Source: a virus
Length of the DNA: 48,173 nucleotides
Direction: 5' to 3' (one strand)
Virus record (IMG/VR): IMGVR_UViG_3300022307_000001
Location: 1 to 48,173 of that record
A program made the translations under genes and the position numbers. A model generated the notes under the pieces. It saw only the letters and a program-made list of their open reading frames with translations, did not search any database and was not told where the DNA came from. Each line of letters starts with the position of its first letter. The first letter of the stretch is position 1. Positions 32,252-39,329 of the stretch are shown here, piece by piece.

Positions 32252-32322
32252 TGCTCTCTCCTCCAAATAATAAATCAGATAACCAAAAAATTCACCAGAC
32301 AGCGTGAACATTGGCGGTGTTA
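32252..32322 (-). repeat. stop-to-start intergenic element, copy i (minimal, terminator-like)
   Basis: TAACACCGCCAATGTTCACGCTGTCTGGTGAATTTTTTGGTTATC. TTCAC/GTGAA hairpin plus a T-run. Confidence 0.6.
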
Positions 32323-32445
32323 CTTCCCCACCTGTTCAATAATTAACAAATTAACCAGTCCATTCATGGTTAGGCCCATCTTCTTAGCTTCGTTCCTTAG
32401 CTTATCTTTTCGTTCTTTTGGCATCTTAATTAGTAATTCTTCCAA
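32320..32445 (-). CDS. 41-aa ribbon-helix-helix regulator candidate (first gene of the leftward early operon)
   Basis: Hand translation gives (TTG)LEELLIKMPKERKDKLRNEAKKMGLTMNGLVNLLIIEQVGK*. GGAGG lies 6 nt before the TTG. The RHH-like pattern is R..L..eA...G.s.n.Lv..li. Confidence 0.45.
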   Translation of the reverse strand: MEELLIKMPKERKDKLRNEAKKMGLTMNGLVNLLIIEQVGK

Positions 32446-32471
32446 GCTACACCTCCTCTGTATTTTGGGTT

Positions 32472-32499
32472 ATTTTACCACCTGTGTTTATAAAGTCAA
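32472..32499 (-). promoter_or_regulatory. sigma70-like promoter, leftward early operon
   Basis: Minus strand has TTGACT (32499-32494), 16-nt spacer, TAAAAT (32477-32472). Confidence 0.6.
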
Positions 32500-32547
32500 C
32501 ATATTTATTGGGGTAAAAATAAATTTACTTTTTGCGGTATTTTATTC

Positions 32548-32575
32548 TTGACACGTTATTTCCCTGTGGTAAGAT
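32548..32575 (+). promoter_or_regulatory. sigma70-like promoter, rightward recombination operon
   Basis: TTGACA (32548-32553), 16-nt spacer, TAAGAT (32570-32575). Confidence 0.6.
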
Positions 32576-32598
32576 AACAGAAAATAAAGGAGCAAAAC

Positions 32599-32772
32599 AT
32601 GGACAAAGCAATCAACAAGTTAGAAAAAGAGTTTGCAGTACTTCTCAACATCACTACTCTTACCGATCTTGAAAAGGGAGTGCTTGCAGATAAATTCACC
32701 GGGAGTCTCCGGGTGGTAGAAGAGAAGGCATATCTCAAAGGTTATGTGGAGGGGAAACGATGCAGAAGATAA
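32599..32772 (+). CDS. hypothetical 57-aa protein (below the track cutoff)
   Basis: AAGGAGCAAAAC before the ATG. Hand translation gives MDKAINKLEKEFAVLLNITTLTDLEKGVLADKF...GKRCRR*. The antisense 60-aa track ORF is rejected. Confidence 0.5.
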   Translation: MDKAINKLEKEFAVLLNITTLTDLEKGVLADKFTGSLRVVEEKAYLKGYVEGKRCRR

Positions 32773-32852
32773 TTAAAGGCATGTTGATCGGTGCAATCTT
32801 GTTGGTAGTTCTTTATCCATCGGTGTTAATGTTCTTGGAAGGTGCAAAATGA
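32760..32852 (+). CDS. 30-aa single-TM peptide
   Basis: GGAGGGG RBS. MQKIIKGMLIGAILLVVLYPSVLMFLEGAK*. ATGA overlap with the next gene. Confidence 0.35.
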   Translation: MQKIIKGMLIGAILLVVLYPSVLMFLEGAK

Positions 32853-33145
32853 GCAAGTACCGCAGAGCCGCCAAGACTGACACAAACCAAAACAAGATAG
32901 TAACCGAATTACGCTCTATTCCGGGCGTGACGGTGCAAGTTGGTCACGATGACATCTTGGTAGGGTACAGAGGTAAAACCTTCTGGTATGAGCTAAAATC
33001 GCCTGAAAAGGTAGGAAAGCGAACCGGCAAGATATTAGAATCAGCTAAACAACCATCTCAAGTGCTGCTAGAAAAGAATTGGGCTGGTCATTACAAGATA
33101 ATTTCATCCGTTGACGAAATACTAACCGAAATAGAAGGGTGGTAA
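32849..33145 (+). CDS. VRR-NUC / Holliday-junction-resolvase-like PD-(D/E)XK nuclease
   Basis: DTNQNKIVTELRSIPGVTVQVGHDDILVGYRGKTFWYELKSP fits D.NQ..Iv..Lr..G..V...g.pDllvg..g....lEvK. Confidence 0.5.
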   Translation: MSKYRRAAKTDTNQNKIVTELRSIPGVTVQVGHDDILVGYRGKTFWYELKSPEKVGKRTGKILESAKQPSQVLLEKNWAGHYKIISSVDEILTEIEGW

Positions 33146-33146
33146 C

Positions 33147-33383
33147 ATGATAATAGAAGACACCGTATCTCTTGAACTTCACCCCGGATTATGCTGTGAA
33201 GAAAAGGTACAGCTTGAGATTTCCGCCAGCAGGGACGAAATAACGGCGGAAATATATCCACTAGAAAATGGCGTTGTTTGGTCTTCGGTGGTGCGTAAGA
33301 TGATTGAAGATTATTACGACGAGAACAGATTAAGGATCATAGTATTATCTTATAATGAAGCACTTAAATTCGGAGATGAATAA
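33147..33383 (+). CDS. hypothetical protein
   Basis: 78-aa acidic ORF. Confidence 0.55.
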   Translation: MIIEDTVSLELHPGLCCEEKVQLEISASRDEITAEIYPLENGVVWSSVVRKMIEDYYDENRLRIIVLSYNEALKFGDE

Positions 33384-33407
33384 AATTCAACGTTAAAGGA
33401 GAACAAA

Positions 33408-33611
33408 ATGTCCGACAATAAAACCGATAAACTTTTTATTACTGAGATATTGAATGACCTACACCGTAACGGATTCCAGCGAGGGGGAAAGGCAGAAACA
33501 ATGCTACATGATTGGTCGAGAGAGTTAAAAGATAAATCGAGAGTCTTTTTCCCGGCATCTAAATTGCACAAAACCTTTAACAAAGAGGTCGGCCCTAGCC
33601 TTTGGAGATGA
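33408..33611 (+). CDS. hypothetical protein
   Basis: 67-aa ORF after AAGGAGAAC. Confidence 0.55.
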   Translation: MSDNKTDKLFITEILNDLHRNGFQRGGKAETMLHDWSRELKDKSRVFFPASKLHKTFNKEVGPSLWR

Positions 33612-33614
33612 ATA

Positions 33615-33782
33615 ATGTGGAGCTGTATAAAATGCGGCACGACACGCGACTTTCTTCTCTATGATAAAACCCCTTATGACCTATGCCCAGCGTGCAGGAC
33701 AAAGCTAGGGATCAAAAAGGAAGAAGAGTTTAAGGAGTACATTGAGAAGATGGAAGCGCAAAACGACGGCAACGGATTTTAA
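33615..33782 (+). CDS. 55-aa zinc-ribbon protein (below the track cutoff)
   Basis: MWSCIKCGTTRDF...YDLCPACRTK, i.e. CxxC...CxxC. Confidence 0.45.
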   Translation: MWSCIKCGTTRDFLLYDKTPYDLCPACRTKLGIKKEEEFKEYIEKMEAQNDGNGF

Positions 33783-33803
33783 ATTTAACTTGGAGAGAGA
33801 ACA

Positions 33804-34937
33804 ATGAGCAAAGAATTGGTAACAATAGAAAGAATCAATGAACTTGATGTGGCGGTAGTTTATAAGCCGGAAAACATATCGGCTTTAATTGAAGAGATCC
33901 GCCAACAAGCAATGGCCCATGTCCCAGATATAAGCACCGCCACCGGGAGAAAGGCAATAGCCTCTAACGCCCACAATGTTGCAAGATCTAAAACCTTAAT
34001 TGACGGCATGGGAAAGGACTTGGGCGCTGATTATAAAGCCAAACTTGACAGCATCAACAAGGAAAGAAAAAGAGTCCGTGACGAGTGCGACCTGATAAAA
34101 GATGAAGTAAGAAAGCCTTTGACAGAGTGGGAAGAGGCCGAAAAGAGAAAGGGTGAGGTCGCCGGAGTAATTATAAACACAATCATGGTAATGAGAGAAT
34201 CAGCTGGTGAATTGCCTTCACAGGATATTTCTAACCTTGTTGCCCAACTTGATACCCTTGTTGGCGCTAACGATCTTGGCGAACATCTTGAAAGAGTTAC
34301 GTTAGAAATAGACAAGGCCAGGGAAGTTCTGACGACAAAAGCAGAAGCAGCCTTGCAATATGAGAAAGACCAGGCCGAGCTTGCCAAGTTGAAAAAGGAG
34401 GCAGAGGAACGAGCCGCCAAAGAAGCCGCAGAGAAAGCAGACCGTGAACGCAAGGAAGCGGAAGAGCAAGCCAAGAAAGAACAGGCTGACCGTGAAGAGC
34501 GGATCAGGAAAGAAGCAGAAGAAAAGGCGCAGCGTGAAGCGGCAGAAAAGGCCGAGGCAGAGAAATTAAAAGCAGAACAAGAAAAGCAAGAGGCTATTAG
34601 GAAACAGAAAGAAGCCGAGGAAGCAGTAAAACGAGCCGAAGAAGAAAGAAAAGTTGCCGCCATAAAAGCTGAGCAAGAAAAAGCCGCCGCCGTTGCTTTA
34701 GCAGAGAAACAAGAACGTGAACGACAAGAGAAAACAAGGCGTGAAGAAGACGAGGCAAAACGTATTGCCGCTGAGAAAGAAGCGAAAGAGAAGGCCAAGA
34801 AAAGCCATATCGACAAGATAAAAAAAGAGGCATATGTTTCTTTGGTAAAGGCTACCGGGATATCAGAGGCTGACGCTAAAACGGTTCTCACAGCGATAAA
34901 CAATGGTGAAGTTAAGCACGTTACTATTAACTATTGA
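33804..34937 (+). CDS. DUF1351-like protein with a long E/K/A-rich low-complexity region
   Basis: 377 aa. The N-terminal third resembles DUF1351 proteins found beside Erf/RecT recombinases. Residues of roughly 190-340 are KEAEE-type repeats. Confidence 0.5.
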   Translation: MSKELVTIERINELDVAVVYKPENISALIEEIRQQAMAHVPDISTATGRKAIASNAHNVARSKTLIDGMGKDLGADYKAKLDSINKERKRVRDECDLIKDEVRKPLTEWEEAEKRKGEVAGVIINTIMVMRESAGELPSQDISNLVAQLDTLVGANDLGEHLERVTLEIDKAREVLTTKAEAALQYEKDQAELAKLKKEAEERAAKEAAEKADRERKEAEEQAKKEQADREERIRKEAEEKAQREAAEKAEAEKLKAEQEKQEAIRKQKEAEEAVKRAEEERKVAAIKAEQEKAAAVALAEKQERERQEKTRREEDEAKRIAAEKEAKEKAKKSHIDKIKKEAYVSLVKATGISEADAKTVLTAINNGEVKHVTINY

Positions 34938-34961
34938 CATTTTAACCAAATTATGTATATT
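34934..34961 (+). promoter_or_regulatory. strong sigma70-like internal promoter
   Basis: TTGACA (34934-34939), 16-nt spacer, TATATT (34956-34961). It overlaps the stop of the previous gene. Confidence 0.6.
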
Positions 34962-34972
34962 GGAGGGGTAGC

Positions 34973-35614
34973 ATGAAAAAAGCAACTGATGGCCGGGAAG
35001 CCAGAAGCAAGTCAAACACACACAAAAAATCACAATTTCCAAAGCACTTGAGTTTTTTCTCTCTTCCCGGTCGAAAATACGCTTTCTCTCGTGCTTTGGG
35101 ATTCTTTACTCAGAGTTTCATCCCAATTGTTCCTTTTGTCCTGGCACCAAGGAGTTGTGAGAGGGTACTTCTCCGCTGTAGTCCCGAATGGATTGCTTTC
35201 TACGGCACTAGTCCTTGCAAGGCTATCTTCTCTCAGCACGGCCAATCTTTGGTGTTAGGGACAAAGGGAACAATAAACGAGACAACCTGCACAGATTTAC
35301 CAAGTTTCAGAAGCAAAGAAGATCAGAGAAAGGCGTTTGACCCGAACGGCCCGATTGAGAATCAAGCCATTTTAAATGGTGGGCATATACAGGATTTTCT
35401 ATCTCGCAAGAATAGATTTTGCACATTATCACATGCGACCACGGCAACCAATCGGTGGGGCAACGAGAAGGTAACTCGTAAAAATTGTCATCCTGGTAAA
35501 TCTTTCTCTGGCACCATTTATGGTTTAGCCTACCCCGTTTGGCTAATTGTACCTCAGCTAACTACAGGTGCAAAAACACGGGTTAGTCGAACTATGCCTA
35601 TCACTCAACCGTAA
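34973..35614 (+). other. 213-codon open frame of atypical composition: either a very basic orphan protein or a large structured ncRNA
   Basis: The frame is open and GGAGGGG precedes the ATG. By hand count only about 48 of 213 codons start with G, D/E/L/A are depleted, and S/T/K/R/F/P/C/H/W are enriched. No motif recognised. Confidence 0.4.
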
Positions 35615-35628
35615 CCAACGAGGATAAT

Positions 35629-36042
35629 ATGAATAAGACAGATTACATGAACAGCTTACTGGCCCTCTGCACAGATAGGCAAAAAGATATATTTAACCGA
35701 ATGTACCCAGCCGGGCCAAGCATTAAGCAGATAAACTGGGCAATAAAACAACTCGAAAATACCTTGAGTAACCTGAACTCAAAAGAGGAAGAGTTCAAAG
35801 AACTACAAAGGGTTTTAACCGACCATACCACAAAGTCTGCTGAGATAATAAAGGAGTTGACTAGTAAGTTGGCGATTTCAGAACATGAAAACAAGGTTTA
35901 TGAGAAAAGAATAGAGCGCCTAACAAGCCAAATAAATATTGACAACGCTAATGTCCAAGAGAGATTGGCACTGCTAGACGCTTTAGAAGCTGGCGGGGTA
36001 GATAATTGGGATGGATATGACTTGGCTATAGACGCAATATAA
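35629..36042 (+). CDS. hypothetical coiled-coil protein
   Basis: 137-aa ORF after CGAGGATAAT. Confidence 0.6.
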   Translation: MNKTDYMNSLLALCTDRQKDIFNRMYPAGPSIKQINWAIKQLENTLSNLNSKEEEFKELQRVLTDHTTKSAEIIKELTSKLAISEHENKVYEKRIERLTSQINIDNANVQERLALLDALEAGGVDNWDGYDLAIDAI

Positions 36043-36056
36043 AGGGTGAACTAACA

Positions 36057-36212
36057 ATGAAAATACACAACCCAGACGATTGCCAACTCACAGTACCATA
36101 TGGCAAGTCAGAAATAAGAATACCACCACACACAACCGCCACAGTTATTGAAGTACCATTGGGCAAGCTGATGGGGATTTGTGTTAAATTCGAACAGGAG
36201 ATAAAGAAATGA
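36057..36212 (+). CDS. hypothetical 51-aa protein (below the track cutoff)
   Basis: MKIHNPDDCQLTVPYGKSEIRIPPHTTATVIEVPLGKLMGICVKFEQEIKK*. ATGA overlap with erf. Confidence 0.4.
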   Translation: MKIHNPDDCQLTVPYGKSEIRIPPHTTATVIEVPLGKLMGICVKFEQEIKK

Positions 36213-36865
36213 GCGAATCAGGATTAGGTGTATACAAAGCAATCTCAACCGTCCAAGGAGAACTTGCCAAACGAGGCATAAGCAAGGACCAGCAGAACAA
36301 AATGCAGGGCTTCAAATACAGAGGCATTGACGATGTTTATGCAGCTCTGTGCCCGTTGCTGGCGTCTAATGGCCTTTGCATACTGCCAAAAATGGTATCT
36401 AAAACAGTTGTTGAGAGAACAAACGCCAAAGGAACAGCGTTGTTTTATACAACGGTTGAAGTAGATTTTGACATAGTTAGCTCAGAAGATGGTAGCCGTC
36501 ACACCGTGAGCAGTTATGGGGAGGCAATGGACAGCGGAGATAAGAGTGCTGGTAAGGCGATGAGCTATGCTTATAAAGCAATGGCCTTTATGGTTTTTGC
36601 AATCCCCACCGAGGGAGACAACGACCCAGATGCCAATGTTCATACCGTTATGTCAAATAAAGAACCTTCCAAACCGGCACCATTATCCCCAGCCGTAAGG
36701 GAAAGCGTCGATAAATACGTTGCCCAGATTGCCAAACTTGAGACCCTGGCGGAAGTTGAGGCATGGTTAAAGAAAAACGAGCCAAACTTTTCTGCCGCCC
36801 CGGTCGCTGCAATCAATGAGATTATGACAGAATACGAGAACGCAAAGAAAGCTTACTCAAAATAA
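36209..36865 (+). CDS. erf: ERF-family single-strand annealing protein
   Basis: VYKAISTVQGELAKRGISKDQQNKMQGFKYRGIDDVYAALCPLLASNGL...DSGDKSAGKAMSYAYKAMAFMVFAIPTEGDNDPD matches the P22 Erf family pattern. Confidence 0.8.
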   Translation: MSESGLGVYKAISTVQGELAKRGISKDQQNKMQGFKYRGIDDVYAALCPLLASNGLCILPKMVSKTVVERTNAKGTALFYTTVEVDFDIVSSEDGSRHTVSSYGEAMDSGDKSAGKAMSYAYKAMAFMVFAIPTEGDNDPDANVHTVMSNKEPSKPAPLSPAVRESVDKYVAQIAKLETLAEVEAWLKKNEPNFSAAPVAAINEIMTEYENAKKAYSK

Positions 36866-36877
36866 AAGGAGACGACA

Positions 36878-37240
36878 ATGGACAGACACGACTTTGTAGA
36901 GAAACTACTTGCAGAAAAGGCAGAACTTGAGGCTAAAAGGTCTTCTTTATTCAGGGATAAGGACTTAGCACATCGCAGAAGTTATGGGAGATTTAAAGAT
37001 ATATTTAACCCACCTAAAAAAGACGACACTTTGTATTTTGCCAATGCAAACTTTGATGGGCGAATAGGAGTAGGGCATCCAATACCGGCTGAGCACAAAG
37101 TATCAACCGAAGAAATAAAGGAACTCTGCGCCGAGGTCAAAGCACTTGAGAAAGAAAACGCCAAGCTGGAAGAGGAAATTGAACAACTAAAGAAGCAAGA
37201 CTTCATCGCTGAAATATTGAAACTTGCCGATTTAAAATGA
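36878..37240 (+). CDS. hypothetical coiled-coil protein
   Basis: 120-aa ORF after AAGGAGACGAC. Confidence 0.6.
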   Translation: MDRHDFVEKLLAEKAELEAKRSSLFRDKDLAHRRSYGRFKDIFNPPKKDDTLYFANANFDGRIGVGHPIPAEHKVSTEEIKELCAEVKALEKENAKLEEEIEQLKKQDFIAEILKLADLK

Positions 37241-37329
37241 ATATTAGACCGGAGCAATGCCGGTGTCCACGAAGGACGCTTGTGGAGCCGCCCCTGCCGG
37301 TGAACATTGCAGCAGGGAAGGAGAGGAAT

Positions 37330-37506
37330 ATGGAAACTAGTTTTATAATAGAAAAGGTTGCCGGTAAGAAAAAAGTGAGGATAACCAATAATAAATACGG
37401 CCTAGAGCTTTACACCATGATGAACGGATTCCAGTGGTCTGGACAACCTGTCGATGATGGTATGCTCAGTTTGATAAAAGAAGCAATTGAAGAATACCTA
37501 AAATGA
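37330..37506 (+). CDS. hypothetical 58-aa protein
   Basis: The ATG at 37330 follows GGAAGGAGAGG. The longer track ORF begins inside the previous gene. Confidence 0.5.
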   Translation: METSFIIEKVAGKKKVRITNNKYGLELYTMMNGFQWSGQPVDDGMLSLIKEAIEEYLK

Positions 37507-37553
37507 GACTCACAATAAACGGCCAAGCATCATTATCAAATAGGTAAACCGAC

Positions 37554-37970
37554 ATGGACAAGGAAGCAATTCACATAACAACTGAAAGGGCAAAGGCAGA
37601 GGCTATCAACAAGATAGCAAATCTGCCCACTGATGGACGATATGAAGTTGTAATATCTGAGACATCTAAAACGAGAACAAACCAGCAGAACCGCTCTTTG
37701 CATCTTTATTTGAACATGATGTCATTGCTATTCAGTGATGCAGGAATTGACCAGGCTATGACGTTTGAGAAGTTTAAAAGAGGGTTTCATGTACCGGTAA
37801 CTTCTGAGTTTTTAAAGACTGTTTTCCAAACAATATCATCAGATATGTATGGTACTGACCGGACATCAAAGCTGACTACAAAACAGATTAAAGATGTTTA
37901 CGAGGTCTTCAACGCTGGAATGGGGCAGAAGTTTGGTATCTCTGCTCCTTGGCCTAGTAAGGAGGAATAG
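37554..37970 (+). CDS. ninB: NinB/Orf-family recombination mediator
   Basis: VVISETSKTRTNQQNRSLHLYLNMMS...DRTSKLTTKQIKDVYEVFNAGMGQKFGI parallels lambda NinB VVTIQERNRSLDQNRKLWACLGDVS...STSRMRVGEFAELLELIQAFG. Confidence 0.65.
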   Translation: MDKEAIHITTERAKAEAINKIANLPTDGRYEVVISETSKTRTNQQNRSLHLYLNMMSLLFSDAGIDQAMTFEKFKRGFHVPVTSEFLKTVFQTISSDMYGTDRTSKLTTKQIKDVYEVFNAGMGQKFGISAPWPSKEE

Positions 37971-37973
37971 AAT

Positions 37974-38603
37974 ATGAACAATGATAAAATAATCCTACAC
38001 CTATGTGCCGATATAGGGTCTGATTCATACCCATTCTATAGAGCTGGTTATGATGTTCGTTTAATAGGTAAGGAAATAGGGGTAGAAGGATTTGTTCCTC
38101 CGGCAAATGTATATGGTGTTTTTGCTAATCCAGTATGCACAGAATTTTCATTTGCCAAATGGAAACATAACGAAGGGAAAGGAAACCATGAAGAAGGTAT
38201 GTTTTTGGTAAACCATTGCCTACGAATTATAGAACAATGCAATCCGGACTTTTGGGTAATCGAAAACCCTGCCAATGGAAGGTTAAAGGATTTTCTTGGC
38301 AAACCTAAAATGACCTATGAACCTTGGCATTTTGGTGATCCGTGGACAAAAAGGACTGCTTTATGGGGTAAATTTAATATACCTGTAAGAATATATAATA
38401 TATATGATGATGTGCCAAAAAATAAAAAACTATATATGCGCCCAGGAAGAAGTAAGCCAGGTTTTGCTTTTTTACACAAGAGTGCAATAGACAATATTGA
38501 CAGCTTGAAACAATTCAAGCATAAAGTTAATGACGATATGTCTTTTAGGTCGCTATGCCCTCAAGGTTTTGCTAATGCTTTCTACCAAGCAAATAAGTTA
38601 TAA
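37974..38603 (+). CDS. compact DNA (cytosine-5) methyltransferase-like protein
   Basis: Motif I-like HLCADIGSDS, motif IV-like NPVCTEFSFA (catalytic Cys), motif VI-like WVIENPANG, then TKRTALWG. At 209 aa it has little room for a target-recognition domain. Confidence 0.55.
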   Translation: MNNDKIILHLCADIGSDSYPFYRAGYDVRLIGKEIGVEGFVPPANVYGVFANPVCTEFSFAKWKHNEGKGNHEEGMFLVNHCLRIIEQCNPDFWVIENPANGRLKDFLGKPKMTYEPWHFGDPWTKRTALWGKFNIPVRIYNIYDDVPKNKKLYMRPGRSKPGFAFLHKSAIDNIDSLKQFKHKVNDDMSFRSLCPQGFANAFYQANKL

Positions 38604-38691
38604 TTATTATGACCAGCTACGAAATAGACGAGCTAATCGTCACCATGACAATCAGAGCATGGCTAAAAAAGAAAGCAAGGGAGGCTATAAA

Positions 38692-38880
38692 ATGAAGACA
38701 GAAGATAATATAAAGTTACTCTTTGGGGAAGTAGGCCCGTTGGCTAAAATATCAATAGAAACGCTAATAGCCCGCCCTAGTGATGTCCAATGGATAGCGG
38801 CACAAATAGAGACAATGCTACAAGGTATGGGCAAGACTGTCTACTTTGAGATAAATAACAATACAATCTATGTGAGATAA
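38692..38880 (+). CDS. hypothetical protein
   Basis: The ATG at 38692 follows AAGGGAGG. The maximal track ORF starts inside the methyltransferase gene. Confidence 0.5.
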   Translation: MKTEDNIKLLFGEVGPLAKISIETLIARPSDVQWIAAQIETMLQGMGKTVYFEINNNTIYVR

Positions 38881-38885
38881 GAGAT

Positions 38886-38971
38886 TCCCCGCCACCTAAA
38901 CCAGTTATATTTTATCAGTAAAAAGAGCAATGTTCATGTGGTGTGTCATTGTTTATGGATGGTGGCGGGGA
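38886..38971. repeat. 11-bp perfect inverted repeat with a 64-nt spacer
   Basis: TCCCCGCCACC (38886-38896) and GGTGGCGGGGA (38961-38971), between two + strand genes. Confidence 0.6.
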
Positions 38972-39036
38972 GTTTATAACGCTTTTAATAAGCGGCCACA
39001 ACGGCCAAATAACACTAACCAAAGGAGTAAATTAGA

Positions 39037-39270
39037 ATGAAGAACGTGACTAAACTCGGATACTTGGCAATGGTCGGCTTGATTTTATTGTTATCTGCCT
39101 GCTCTCAGGATATTGGCGAAAAAGATCCTTGCTCGTATTGCGGTGGTGGGATATTTGCCCACAGAACTAACCACGGAGGGATGCTGGCACACTACACAAC
39201 AGACTTCCAAACTAGAGATGGTAAAAAATATCATCCTTGGTGTGTAAAATTATTTGACTCTGAGAATTAA
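39037..39270 (+). CDS. lipoprotein (possible superinfection-exclusion or moron function)
   Basis: Signal peptide plus lipobox LLLSAC at residues 18-22. Cys/His-rich mature part is CSYCGGG..H..H..WC. Confidence 0.65.
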   Translation: MKNVTKLGYLAMVGLILLLSACSQDIGEKDPCSYCGGGIFAHRTNHGGMLAHYTTDFQTRDGKKYHPWCVKLFDSEN

Positions 39271-39329
39271 CTTTTGCAGATAACAATATGCTATCAAGAT
39301 CCAGTAATATTCTATTTTATGCGACATTC

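Noticed and set aside
22481-32322. Calling the intergenic palindromes bona fide integron attC sites (a CALIN array)
   Set aside because: The architecture is suggestive, but the end boxes (CATAAC/GTTATG) do not fit RYYYAAC/GTTRRRY. No IntI or other tyrosine recombinase is encoded. RNA-level explanations fit equally well. I kept it as an analogy only.
32003-32551. 182-aa + strand ORF
   Set aside because: It crosses two minus-strand genes, a repeat element and both divergent promoters. The peptide looks like hydrophobic junk.
34031-34903. 290-aa minus-strand ORF (plus a nested 78-aa ORF at 34597..34833)
   Set aside because: It is the antisense of the GAA/GCN/AAA-rich E/K/A repeat region of 33804..34937. 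The product is S/A/F/L low-complexity, the ORF has no RBS, and it runs against the operon direction.
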